A stretch of DNA of 64,000 nucleotides from a virus (Duplodnaviria; Heunggongvirae; Uroviricota; Caudoviricetes): IMG/VR virus record IMGVR_UViG_3300014205_000001, positions 125,413 through 189,412 of that record; one strand, written 5' to 3'. This document shows positions 28,148 to 38,058 of this stretch, piece after piece (position 1 is the stretch's first letter; each line of letters opens with the position of its first letter). The notes under the pieces were generated by a model, which worked only from the letters and a program-made list of their open reading frames with translations, was not told the DNA's origin and did no database searches. A program made the translations under genes and the position numbers.

Positions 28148-29644
28148 ATGATAGTCAATTATGAATATTTAAACGGTAAACTCATTATTTCTTATATCAA
28201 TAAGAAAGGTAATATCGAATTTAAAAATTACACCTGGCACAATCCAACGGAATGGAAAGTGTGCTCACCCACAGATATAAACAAAGTTGATGGTTATCGT
28301 ACATGGGACGGTAAACCATTAAAGAAAGAAGCAACTCGTTATCCATCACGTTATGCGATTTACGAATTTATTCACAAATTACCAACAGAAGATAAAGATA
28401 CTTTGTTTGGTTTACATGAACCTAAAATGTATTTTTGTGATATCGAGGTAGAAATTACTGAAGGATTTCCTGAAGCACATTTAGCAAATAATCGTGTCAC
28501 AGCTATTTGTATTATCAACAATAAAAAAATCTTATTGTTAGGTATTAAAGATTTGACTGAGGAGCAAATAGCTAAAATGAATAAAGACATTAATGTGTAT
28601 TTCAAGGATTACGAAAGTGAATATACTCTTGAATGGTGTTTTTGCGAAACAGAAACAGAAATGTTAACAATGTTTTTCAACGATTTAATCAAACAGATGC
28701 CTGTATTAACAGGTTGGAACTTTGTAAATTACGACTGGGTTTATTTAGTAACTCGTGCTCGTAAATTAGGATTAAATCCAAACGTTGCATCACCAACAGG
28801 TAAATTAATTAGACCTTGGAAAAGAAATGCTAATGTTGAAAAACCTACATACGAAGAATTACCTAAACATCGTATGGTATTTGACTACATGGACATATTC
28901 GCTAAGTGGGATACGTCAATCAAAATCAAAGAATCAAATTCATTAGACTTTATTTCAAGTAAAGTATTAGGTGTTAAAAAATTAGAATTTGAACCAGGTG
29001 AAAATTTAAAATCAGTTTATACATCTAACTATTATAAATACATGTTATACAACTGTATAGATACTGCGTTAGTTCAACAAATACATCTCAAACAAAAAAC
29101 ATACGATAATATGTTAGCGTTGTCTAATTTATGTCGCGTACAAATTGAAGATACTATTTCTGCCATTCGTGTAGTTGAAGGTATTTTCTTTGGTTCATAT
29201 TTCGATCAAGGAATTGCAATGATTAAACATGATTACAGTGTGATACAAACTGCCGAAGATATTGCAATCGCTGACGATGAAGATGATTTAAATGGTGGAT
29301 TTGTAAAATTTCCCAGTGTAGGTTTAAAAAACTGGACAACAGTATTTGACTTTTCGTCACTTTATCCAACTATTATGCGACAATTTAATATTGCGCCTGA
29401 ATCATATAAAGGATTAAAAATCAATGATCATGAATGTATGTTAAATGGTAACGTACAAAAAATTGAAGACAATGATATTGTGTTAATTAATAATACAGTA
29501 TTTAAAAACGAATATTCCATTACGAAACAATTGATTGAAAAATTATTTAATGAACGTAAATATTTCAAACATCAAGCGTTACATTGGAAAAAACAAGAAC
29601 AACTATTAAAAGAATATTATCAAAAAAGATTACAAGCAGCATGA
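28148..29644 (+). CDS. family B DNA polymerase, N-terminal subunit (exonuclease plus motif A)
   Basis: ExoI CDIE, ExoII GWN..YD, ExoIII YNCID, GGFV, DFSSLYP; stops in the fingers, no KxxxNSxYG or YGDTDS. Confidence 0.9.
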   Translation: MIVNYEYLNGKLIISYINKKGNIEFKNYTWHNPTEWKVCSPTDINKVDGYRTWDGKPLKKEATRYPSRYAIYEFIHKLPTEDKDTLFGLHEPKMYFCDIEVEITEGFPEAHLANNRVTAICIINNKKILLLGIKDLTEEQIAKMNKDINVYFKDYESEYTLEWCFCETETEMLTMFFNDLIKQMPVLTGWNFVNYDWVYLVTRARKLGLNPNVASPTGKLIRPWKRNANVEKPTYEELPKHRMVFDYMDIFAKWDTSIKIKESNSLDFISSKVLGVKKLEFEPGENLKSVYTSNYYKYMLYNCIDTALVQQIHLKQKTYDNMLALSNLCRVQIEDTISAIRVVEGIFFGSYFDQGIAMIKHDYSVIQTAEDIAIADDEDDLNGGFVKFPSVGLKNWTTVFDFSSLYPTIMRQFNIAPESYKGLKINDHECMLNGNVQKIEDNDIVLINNTVFKNEYSITKQLIEKLFNERKYFKHQALHWKKQEQLLKEYYQKRLQAA

Positions 29645-29934
29645 TAGATTTAATAAAAGAAAACACTACTTTATTTGAAGATGATTTAGAATTATCAGTA
29701 GAAAATTTTTTAGCTTGGTCGTATGGTTACATATCATACTGCAGCAGATTTTATAACGAAAAAACAGTACCACATTATTTTGCTAAAGATGTTTTAACTT
29801 TTTTAGAAAAAGGTCCCGATGCGTGGACATTTGTATATTGGTTACGTGGTTATTTAGAAAATCTTGAAAATGAAGAATTAAATAACTTTAAAGGTTATTC
29901 AAAATTAATAAAACATTTAGCATCATTCGTATGA
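29641..29934 (+). CDS. hypothetical protein
   Basis: ATGA overlap with the polymerase stop; no polymerase motifs. Confidence 0.7.
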   Translation: MIDLIKENTTLFEDDLELSVENFLAWSYGYISYCSRFYNEKTVPHYFAKDVLTFLEKGPDAWTFVYWLRGYLENLENEELNNFKGYSKLIKHLASFV

Positions 29935-30338
29935 TTAAATATGTATTAGGTTTTATGTTTTCAGAAGATATGGAATCAGTTGCATTAATTTTAAAGAATC
30001 GTCCTAAATGGCAAGCAGGTTTATTAAATGGTATTGGCGGTAAAGTTGAACCTAATGAATCATATATGCAAGCCATGGAACGTGAATTTAAAGAAGAAAC
30101 AGGTAGTAATATACCTGCACATTGGGTGAATTTTGCTACAATTGCAGGTATTGATTATCAAATGGAATGTTTTGTAGCAATTGGTGATGTAAATTTATTA
30201 GAAACTACTACAGATGAACCAATAATGATCGTAGAAGTAGTTAAATTACATACTCTTACACTGATGCATAATTTACGTTGGTTAATACCTTTAGCATTAG
30301 ATAAAAGCATCTATCACTGTCAAATACAAACAACATAA
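29931..30338 (+). CDS. Nudix hydrolase
   Basis: GGKVEPNESYMQAMEREFKEETG Nudix box. Confidence 0.92.
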   Translation: MIKYVLGFMFSEDMESVALILKNRPKWQAGLLNGIGGKVEPNESYMQAMEREFKEETGSNIPAHWVNFATIAGIDYQMECFVAIGDVNLLETTTDEPIMIVEVVKLHTLTLMHNLRWLIPLALDKSIYHCQIQTT

Positions 30339-30598
30339 TGAAATTACTACGAAAATCTGAAACATTTATATTACCTTCACCTTTAGCTGAACCTGAAATT
30401 ACTTGGTCAGATAGAGAATATGCAATTGAACGTCTTACAAAAGAAGACGGCACTATAATTTGGTTTGGTTATGGAACTAATTGGGTGAGAGATATTGAAG
30501 GTTACTGGACTAAATTAGGAGATCAATCACAATTTATTCCTTGTGATAAACCTTTATACGAAAAAATGTATGAAGAATTAAATTTACTACCTTTTTAA
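30338..30598 (+). CDS. small hypothetical protein
   Basis: 86-aa ORF coupled to Nudix. Confidence 0.7.
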   Translation: MKLLRKSETFILPSPLAEPEITWSDREYAIERLTKEDGTIIWFGYGTNWVRDIEGYWTKLGDQSQFIPCDKPLYEKMYEELNLLPF

Positions 30599-30604
30599 CT
30601 ACAT

Positions 30605-30637
30605 AAAAAAACCGGTAAATAAATTTACCGGTTTTTT
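30605..30637. terminator. bidirectional terminator ending the capsid operon
   Basis: AAAAAACCGGTAAAT-a-AATTTACCGGTTTTTT-type hairpin between convergent genes. Confidence 0.9.
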
Positions 30638-30669
30638 AGTTTTATTGTGAACTATCTTTCGATTAGTTA

Positions 30670-32388
30670 TTAGTATAGTATACCGTTAACGTCTTCTACT
30701 TTAATAGCCATGTATTGTTTGTGAGGGAAGAAACCGAAAGTTCCTACTGCGTAACGTGAGTACATGTATAAGTGTGGTGCCATTGTACGTTCACTTACTA
30801 CTTCAACATTTTCAGCTAACATGTAAGCGAAGAACTTAACTCCAGGATCGTCAGATTTACCTTTACGGCCCATATACATTGTAAGATCACCTAAATTTGC
30901 GTAAGGGTCAACGTAGATTTTAATACCGTCGATTGAACCAGCAGGCATTAATTGGTTAGGACCAGCAAGTTTACCATCCATAGGATTGATAGTGTAACGT
31001 TCGATTGATTTTAAGATACCAGCAACTGTTGAAGTTGTGATTACGTAATCAATTCCACCGATACGACCGTCTTGTGCTACGAAATATGAAGCTGACATTA
31101 CTTTACCCCATAATTTACGAGCGATAGAAGCTGAATGTTCACCACCTAAAGAACCTGCAGTTGCAGATACTGAGAAGTCAAAGATTTTACCATCATTGAT
31201 AGATGCTAATGCTAAACCAGCAGCTAATCCAGATGGAGCAGCAGGTGCTGTTGCACGATTTAATAAACCTTGAGCTTTAACAGCTTGAACGATTTCGTTA
31301 GAGATTTTTTGAGAGATTTGGTTAACTAATTGAGCTTTAGTTTTTTCAACTACGTCAACTCCGTACATACGTTTCCAGTCACCAATTTCGCTTAAACGAA
31401 GTGCTGCAGATACGTGAACTACACCGATTTCGATTGAAGCAGTTTGTGAAGTTACTCCGATTTTACCAGCTTCGTCTGTGTCCCATTCAGCACGTGTCAT
31501 TGTTCCAGCTTTACGTGAACTTGTGAAGTCATCGATAAAGTCTTCGTTTAATGATACTAATGTTGGATTCATTGCGATACCAACTGCAGAAATAGTTGAA
31601 TTTAAAAAGTCAGCTACTTGTAATTGAGATAAAATTGTACCAGCTGCAGCGAATGTATTCAATGCTGTAGAGAATGTCCATGCACCTGAAGAAGCTGTGT
31701 TCTTTTGGATATAAGCACGGAACATTGGTTTACCATCGATACGGCTGAAACCTTTGAATTGTAACCAGTTTGCTTTTGTACCTGCAGGAGCAGTTAAAGT
31801 AGCAGCTGATGTACCAGATATGTCGAAGTAAATTGGTGCAGATATTGTACCACGTCCTTCAGTAACACCTAAAGATGTCATTGTTGTACGGATATAAGTT
31901 TCTAAACCAGCAACACCGCTAATATCGATTTTGAATGTAGAAGCACGTTCGTCTTCTGCACCTAATGATACGTTATCATCGTAACGGAAATCCCAATAAA
32001 GGAAATCAACACGATTTGAGTTAACGTTAATTGTTGGAACTAATTCCAAACCTACTGTCATTGCAGCAATTTTTAATGATGCTGGTAATAAAGTTTGACC
32101 TAAGTCACCAGAACCAAAAGTACCACCGATTGTACCAGGAGTACCAGATAGAGAAGGGAAAGATACTGCACCCATACCAGAAGTATTACTACCGTTAGCG
32201 TACATTACGTTTTCTTTTACCATACCTGAAGTTACAGCGCCTGATTGTAAAGCAGCTGCGTGCATTTCTGCGTATTCACATAAAGAAGCGATACGTTCTT
32301 TGTCTGTGATACCTAATTTTTCTACGATTGGAGACCATTTTTTAGTAGCCTTGTCCATATCGATCACTAATTGTGAATTGCGAATCAT
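30670..32388 (-). CDS. major capsid protein (T4 gp23-like)
   Basis: KKWSPI N-terminus, ISQKISNEI, AGSIDGIKIYVDP, MAP...SRYA; follows portal and protease; strong codon bias. Confidence 0.92.
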   Translation of the reverse strand: MIRNSQLVIDMDKATKKWSPIVEKLGITDKERIASLCEYAEMHAAALQSGAVTSGMVKENVMYANGSNTSGMGAVSFPSLSGTPGTIGGTFGSGDLGQTLLPASLKIAAMTVGLELVPTINVNSNRVDFLYWDFRYDDNVSLGAEDERASTFKIDISGVAGLETYIRTTMTSLGVTEGRGTISAPIYFDISGTSAATLTAPAGTKANWLQFKGFSRIDGKPMFRAYIQKNTASSGAWTFSTALNTFAAAGTILSQLQVADFLNSTISAVGIAMNPTLVSLNEDFIDDFTSSRKAGTMTRAEWDTDEAGKIGVTSQTASIEIGVVHVSAALRLSEIGDWKRMYGVDVVEKTKAQLVNQISQKISNEIVQAVKAQGLLNRATAPAAPSGLAAGLALASINDGKIFDFSVSATAGSLGGEHSASIARKLWGKVMSASYFVAQDGRIGGIDYVITTSTVAGILKSIERYTINPMDGKLAGPNQLMPAGSIDGIKIYVDPYANLGDLTMYMGRKGKSDDPGVKFFAYMLAENVEVVSERTMAPHLYMYSRYAVGTFGFFPHKQYMAIKVEDVNGILY

Positions 32389-32431
32389 AATATTGAATTA
32401 CGTTTTAATTTTTATTTTTTAGTTGTTTTAT

Positions 32432-32439
32432 TATATATC
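32432..32439 (-). promoter_or_regulatory. class-3 (late) promoter GATATATA
   Basis: Upstream of the capsid gene with an A-rich leader of about 43 nt. Confidence 0.65.
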
Positions 32440-32632
32440 GTAAGTTTAAATTGCTTTTTTTCTACTTTTATTTTTTGTTTTGCAACAATTTCGTTTTAAG
32501 CTTAAACTTCTTTCAAAATATTTTGTTTCATTATTTTGAAGTGATAGAATATATATGTATGTTTTATACTGATTTTTTTCCAGTTTTGAATTAAGAAAAG
32601 CAATTTCTCACTTTTCTTAATATTTATTTAAA

Positions 32633-34852
32633 TTATTTTATATCCATTGATTTTAAGAATGAATCCACAAATTCATTAGAGAAGTTTGTAACTTCTTCAA
32701 CGTTTAAAGATTCTTTCACTAAGTGTGCTTCAGGATTTAATACAGCCTTTGCGAATGTACGTGTATTCCAGAAGTTTTGAATATCAGCAGTTGTAGTTAA
32801 AGAGAAGTATTTAGATTCAGTTATTACTTGATTTTTTACTTCACCTGTTAATGTATTCCATGCTTCTTTTAAAGCTGTAGGAATTACTGCAATGATTTTT
32901 TCTTCGTAAGAAACATTTTTACTTGTTACTGCACGACCAATGATTGCTAATACATCGTTTGAAGATGCATATTCAGATTCATTCATTGCTAACAATACTG
33001 TTTCGCGAGTAGAATTATCTAATGATTTGAAATCATTTACTTGTTGTTCCGATAAGAAACAGAAGAAATGTGGGTCAGTATTTGCAACAATTTTAGCTTT
33101 CTTAATGTCAGCTAATACTTTTGAAACAGCTTCAGATACATTATCGTCTGTATTGATTACTTTCACAGCTTCCATTGCTAATGGTTCTTCCATTACTTCT
33201 TCAGCGCCCGAAGGTTGAATTAATAATTTACCATCAGGAGTAACAGAAACAACTACACCAGTAGTATCAGTACCTAATATTTGAACTAATGCGTTCAACA
33301 TATCACCACCAACTGTTTGTGCACCACCTTCAGGTTGAATATCTGTAGCTTCAGGAGTTGAAGGAACAGTTCCATCCATAGGTACACCAGGTTGGTCAAC
33401 TACAGCAGGAGGAGTATCAATATCACCAGTTACTTCAGGTACACCAGCTTCAGTTCCTTCAGGAGCTGCAGGAGGAGTAGTACCATCACCTTCGATGTTA
33501 TTAGCAACTGTTTGTTCTTCAGGTAATCCTAAGAAATCTTCAGGAGTTTCCATTGATTGAATATTATCTTCGTCGTTCATGTTTTCGTTTAGTGGAGTAG
33601 ATTTTTTAATACGTTCAAGTAATTTAGTATTGTAATCAACTAAACCATCAACTTTTTCGCCAATATAATTTAAGAATATTTCATCTTTGTAAGATTCATT
33701 AGCAACATGTTCAACGAATTTCTGTGCGATTTCAGTTTCTTTTGCAACTGATTCAAGGAATTTCTGAGTTAATTCAGTTTCCAATGCAACATATTCAGAG
33801 AATTTTTGAGCTAATTGAGTTTCTTTTGCGATTGATTCAGTGAATAACATATTTGCTTCAACGTGTTGTGCAACATGTTCAGTGAATTTTTCAGTGATAC
33901 CTAAACGTTCGTTAATTTCTTTACTATATTTACCTACATATTTAATTTGTGTAGCTAAATGGTTTGAGTAAGCAGTATTTTCGTTTAATTCAGAAACTAA
34001 TTTAGTATTGTCAGAAACCAATTTTTGATTTTCTTTTACTAAATAATTTACTTTTGTTTTTAAGAAATTTAAATATTCCTGAACTGAATTCATTTGTTCG
34101 TTTACTAATTCGTATTTCTCCATTAGAGAACGAATTTCTTCAGGTGAAGTTTTACCTTCGATTGAAGACATAATTTTATGTTCCAATTTAGCCATTTCAT
34201 TAGCTAAATATTGTTCCATGTTACTTAAGTCCATAGCTGTTTTACCATCATTTTTATTATCGTTAAATAGTTTATTAACTTGATTATCGTTCATTTCATA
34301 GATACGATATTTTACTTCGTCTGTTTTAGGATAACCAAAACTTTCATTTACACAAACTTGTGCAGATGCAAAGCCTGGGTCTAATACTATGTCGTATGTA
34401 AATAATTCTTTTAATTGTACGTGACCTTGACCATCAGTAACACCAGCTGCACGACTTGATACAAATAAAGGATAACCATCATTGATAATAGCACGAGCTT
34501 CTTTACCCCAATGTGTACTTAATAAAGCAATTGTACCATCAACACGATTTGAGGATTCGTTATGAGTTAAGGCTTCAATTGCGTGACTTGCGTTTTTACC
34601 TGCGATATCAAAAACATCTGGATGATCAAATTCACCGTAAAGTACACCTAATTGTTGTTTACGAGCTAATAATTGTTCCATTACGGGAACGAAATTATTA
34701 GCATTATAGAAACGTTGATTACGATTTTTTATATCAAACTCAGTAAAGATACCACTAAGTAAAAATTTTTTTGATGCGCTTGCTGCTGATTCATTAACTT
34801 TACTAAGTTTTTCAGAACCGCGTTCCACGATCATTACATATTTTTCTTTCAT
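32633..34852 (-). CDS. prohead protease (gp21-like) fused to scaffold (gp22-like)
   Basis: NRNQRFY, GEFDHP, ASH, VSSRAAG, TYDIVLDPGF; then coiled coil with 14-aa repeats and an acidic linker. Confidence 0.92.
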   Translation of the reverse strand: MKEKYVMIVERGSEKLSKVNESAASASKKFLLSGIFTEFDIKNRNQRFYNANNFVPVMEQLLARKQQLGVLYGEFDHPDVFDIAGKNASHAIEALTHNESSNRVDGTIALLSTHWGKEARAIINDGYPLFVSSRAAGVTDGQGHVQLKELFTYDIVLDPGFASAQVCVNESFGYPKTDEVKYRIYEMNDNQVNKLFNDNKNDGKTAMDLSNMEQYLANEMAKLEHKIMSSIEGKTSPEEIRSLMEKYELVNEQMNSVQEYLNFLKTKVNYLVKENQKLVSDNTKLVSELNENTAYSNHLATQIKYVGKYSKEINERLGITEKFTEHVAQHVEANMLFTESIAKETQLAQKFSEYVALETELTQKFLESVAKETEIAQKFVEHVANESYKDEIFLNYIGEKVDGLVDYNTKLLERIKKSTPLNENMNDEDNIQSMETPEDFLGLPEEQTVANNIEGDGTTPPAAPEGTEAGVPEVTGDIDTPPAVVDQPGVPMDGTVPSTPEATDIQPEGGAQTVGGDMLNALVQILGTDTTGVVVSVTPDGKLLIQPSGAEEVMEEPLAMEAVKVINTDDNVSEAVSKVLADIKKAKIVANTDPHFFCFLSEQQVNDFKSLDNSTRETVLLAMNESEYASSNDVLAIIGRAVTSKNVSYEEKIIAVIPTALKEAWNTLTGEVKNQVITESKYFSLTTTADIQNFWNTRTFAKAVLNPEAHLVKESLNVEEVTNFSNEFVDSFLKSMDIK

Positions 34853-34877
34853 AGTTGACTTGAAACTAATTTTAGAT

Positions 34878-34885
34878 TATATATT
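34878..34885 (-). promoter_or_regulatory. class-3 (late) promoter AATATATA
   Basis: Upstream of the protease gene. Confidence 0.65.
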
Positions 34886-34894
34886 AAATCTAAA

Positions 34895-35065
34895 TTATTC
34901 AGTTTTTCCTATAAAAGGTTCAGAAGATTCTTTAGAATCAATCTTTTGTTGTAATATTTGCAGCTGTTTTTGAAACTCTTCTTCAGTATAGTAATGTCTG
35001 TTCCGTGTACTTTTACTGAAGGTTTGTATTACACCTTCAAGTATGTATTTTTTCTTTTCTTCCAT
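34895..35065 (-). CDS. 56-aa mini-paralogue of the prohead protease N-terminus (not in ORF track)
   Basis: MEEKKKYILEGVIQTFSKSTRNRHYYTEEEFQKQLQIL..; ATG overlaps the portal TAA. Confidence 0.7.
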   Translation of the reverse strand: MEEKKKYILEGVIQTFSKSTRNRHYYTEEEFQKQLQILQQKIDSKESSEPFIGKTE

Positions 35066-36828
35066 TATGGTTGTGGTGCTGGTTGTGTTGGTGCTTCAGG
35101 TCCTAATTCTGGACCCATATCTGTTGGATTTCCTTGATTTTCTTGTCCAGTATCACCTTGTGCAGGTTGTGCACCAGGTTGTACAGGTGCACTTTCAGGT
35201 CCAGTTGAACCAGGTGCTCCACCGCCACCAGGAGTTGGTGCTCCACCACCGCCTTGACCACCTACACCACCTGAAGGGTCTTGTTCCCAATATTTATCAT
35301 TTTCAGCAATTAATTCGTCGGAAAATTCTAAGAATCTTTTTGCTATTAATCTTGGATGTAAAAATGGACGAGGTTGACCATCAGGTCCCATTACTTGGAA
35401 ATTTTGCATTAAATCACCAGCAATGGCTACTTTAGCTTGTAAATTAGATAATTCTTTAGCTTTAATAATTTCACTATGTCCGTAAAATTTAATATCTAAA
35501 TCATTACCCAATTTCATATTCTTTTCTAATTCTGGAAATTCCAAAATTAATTGTAATTGAATTGGCTTTAATAAAATTTCTTTAAATAGTGCACGTAAAC
35601 GTTCAACAAATTGAGTAAAGTTATAATCATCATAAGTTAAATCACCACCTGTTGCGTAAACGTTACCACCACCATTTGTATTATCTAAACGAGTAAATGG
35701 AAATTTACTTGCTTTCTTTAATGCATTGTTGAACCAAATCAACATATTGTTTTCATTTAAATCATGACCACCTGGTTCAATAATATTCATTTCAGGTTTA
35801 TTATCACCTGGATTCGGTAACCAATATTCTTTTGAATACGGTAAATCTTTACTACCATCAATATAAACTAAACCTGTTGTATCATCAAATGCAATATGAT
35901 CTTTGTAATCAGCAATTAATGCAGCAACTTCTTGTTCAGCCATCATAGGACTTAAACCTTGTGTTGGAATAATGAACTCCTTATGCATTGTAGCGTTAAT
36001 TAAATTAAATAATAATTTACTACGTTCAATGTTCTTAAGTTCATTATAGGGTCTGATCATAGGCTCTACATAAGAAGTTTCCATGTAGTTAGTACTGCCT
36101 GAATAAGAAATATAAATAATTTCTACGTCTAATAATATACGACGATTTTGTTCATCAGCTGGATGTTGAATCCAAACTTTTAATCCTGTTTCTGGGTCAA
36201 CGATAGGTACGATTGATGCTGGGTCTAATTTTTGGAAGCCCATTACATTTTTACCTTTTTTATCGTAAATAATTTCTCGGCAAATAAAACCTTCTACTAA
36301 CCAATCACGACATACATCCCAACCTGCTGTTCTGTCACCAAAACCAGACATTGTATAAATCTGTTCAAAAATTTCTTTTGATTTCTTTCTGATTAACTCA
36401 CCATAACTATTTGGTAAGTCCATCATCTCACAGAATTTTTTATCTTTACCGTATACTACAATTTCATTTGCCATTTTCGTAACATAGTCACGAATTTCAA
36501 CTTTAGTTGAGTATTCTTTTAAGATTGCGATTTTTTTGAAGTAATCACCTGATAAGGCTGCAATTGTTTGACGTTCTTGCATTAAAGCATGAACCTTACG
36601 CGAAAATAGTGTGTATTGATAACCGTTACTATCGGTTACTGCATTTAAATCTTCATTTGCATGAATACCTTTAGCATTTTTAATAGCTGCTTCTTGATAA
36701 TTTCTACCGAACACAGACAATCGAGCTAAACGATTATTGAAAAACGATTGTTTATTACTATTCAAGTTATCTAATAAAGATGAACCTGTTGATTGATTTG
36801 TCCGATATGGATTGTACCCTGCTGCCAT
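35065..36828 (-). CDS. portal protein (T4 gp20-like)
   Basis: WLVEG, KLDP, SYVE..IRPYN.L...E, EYWLP, LKKASKFP.TRL, F..FVERLR; Gly/Pro tail. Confidence 0.92.
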   Translation of the reverse strand: MAAGYNPYRTNQSTGSSLLDNLNSNKQSFFNNRLARLSVFGRNYQEAAIKNAKGIHANEDLNAVTDSNGYQYTLFSRKVHALMQERQTIAALSGDYFKKIAILKEYSTKVEIRDYVTKMANEIVVYGKDKKFCEMMDLPNSYGELIRKKSKEIFEQIYTMSGFGDRTAGWDVCRDWLVEGFICREIIYDKKGKNVMGFQKLDPASIVPIVDPETGLKVWIQHPADEQNRRILLDVEIIYISYSGSTNYMETSYVEPMIRPYNELKNIERSKLLFNLINATMHKEFIIPTQGLSPMMAEQEVAALIADYKDHIAFDDTTGLVYIDGSKDLPYSKEYWLPNPGDNKPEMNIIEPGGHDLNENNMLIWFNNALKKASKFPFTRLDNTNGGGNVYATGGDLTYDDYNFTQFVERLRALFKEILLKPIQLQLILEFPELEKNMKLGNDLDIKFYGHSEIIKAKELSNLQAKVAIAGDLMQNFQVMGPDGQPRPFLHPRLIAKRFLEFSDELIAENDKYWEQDPSGGVGGQGGGGAPTPGGGGAPGSTGPESAPVQPGAQPAQGDTGQENQGNPTDMGPELGPEAPTQPAPQP

Positions 36829-36832
36829 AATT

Positions 36833-37570
36833 TTATAATTTATTTAGAATATCTAAAGATTGTTGTAAGTTATCGTTGCGAGTATCTAACGTTTCGTATG
36901 TTTTAGATAATTCTGCATCCATTTCTTTGTAATCTTCTAAGATTTCTTTTAATATTTTTGTGTGTCGTTGTTCTTGTTCTAATATTTTTTTCTGCCAAAT
37001 GTCCATTAACTTTCCTTCATCTACACCTGTTAATTTTTGAGTGTTCATAGTTAGAAATTTTTCTAGTACATTTGTTGATACTTCAAAGATTTTATTGATC
37101 TTTTTTGCGTCAAATTGTCGTATACTCCACTCAAAACCGATGTTATATAGTAATTTATATATATTAGCAAAGTTAATACCTGTAAAGGCTTCTTGCTTAC
37201 TATAATCTTTAGTTAAGTTACTTTCAATGATTTTTAAATTATGATTACAAATATTATTGAAAAATACTGTACGTATTGCTACAGGCATGAAATTACTACT
37301 TACTCCATAAATCATTCTTGTACCTTGTAAATCAAACCAATCAACAATAAATAAAGGATTGAATTTTTCCATTCGGCTTGTTTTACCATTAAGATCATAC
37401 ATGATAAAATAAAATTTACCACGTTCTAAACTTCGTAAATCAGTTTCATTAATTTCTTTATGACCACGATTCAAACCTTCTGTAACAAAATCTGTATTAT
37501 TAACATACATGTTTGTACCTTCTGCAAGATATTGATCACGTATTTTATTTTTTAAGAAATCTGTTTTCAT
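36833..37570 (-). CDS. DNA end-protector-like protein (T4 gp2-like)
   Basis: GKFYFIMYD..FNPL..G...NFMP...R; adjacent to gp4 as in T4. Confidence 0.6.
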   Translation of the reverse strand: MKTDFLKNKIRDQYLAEGTNMYVNNTDFVTEGLNRGHKEINETDLRSLERGKFYFIMYDLNGKTSRMEKFNPLFIVDWFDLQGTRMIYGVSSNFMPVAIRTVFFNNICNHNLKIIESNLTKDYSKQEAFTGINFANIYKLLYNIGFEWSIRQFDAKKINKIFEVSTNVLEKFLTMNTQKLTGVDEGKLMDIWQKKILEQEQRHTKILKEILEDYKEMDAELSKTYETLDTRNDNLQQSLDILNKL

Positions 37571-38058
37571 TAGGGTTTAAAAGCGTTGAGATGTTCTTCT
37601 GTAATTAACCAAAATTTAATATCACGGTTCTTACACCATTCTTGTGCGTAAGCCCATTTGTATTTATTTTTTTGCCATTCAGCAATATCGTATTCTAAAC
37701 CTTTGAGTTTCTTTTCAGTAATAGTCATTGGGATTTTAGGTTCACGAATTTGTTTCTCTGGTTTGATTTCAACTAAAAAACGATTCATCAAATCTGGCAT
37801 TTCGTTATTTCTAGTTTCCAAATAAAAATCAGGAATGTAAACATGATTTTTACCAAATATATCTAAGTAAGGAATTTTAAATACTTCACTGCCCCATTTT
37901 AATACACCTGGATTTAAATCACAATACAACATAAATTTAAATTCCCAACCTGAACGATATAATACTTCAGTCGGATTGCCAATGTATTTGTCTACATTCT
38001 GTAGACGATACGTACCTTGATGATACTTATCTTGTTGATTAAGTGCTTGTTTAGACAT
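37570..38058 (-). CDS. head completion nuclease (T4 gp4-like, TnsA fold)
   Basis: KYIG, YRSGWE, WGSE..IPY, YIPDF, VEIKP, KW..A..WC, ITE. Confidence 0.9.
   Translation of the reverse strand: MSKQALNQQDKYHQGTYRLQNVDKYIGNPTEVLYRSGWEFKFMLYCDLNPGVLKWGSEVFKIPYLDIFGKNHVYIPDFYLETRNNEMPDLMNRFLVEIKPEKQIREPKIPMTITEKKLKGLEYDIAEWQKNKYKWAYAQEWCKNRDIKFWLITEEHLNAFKP

Noticed and set aside
29584-30598. Continuation of the polymerase by frameshift or intron
   Set aside because: The downstream ORFs lack polymerase motifs and include a clear Nudix gene.
37570-38058. Tn7 TnsA transposase
   Set aside because: Motifs and position between the 2H gene and the gp2-like/portal genes fit T4 gp4; no other tns genes are present.
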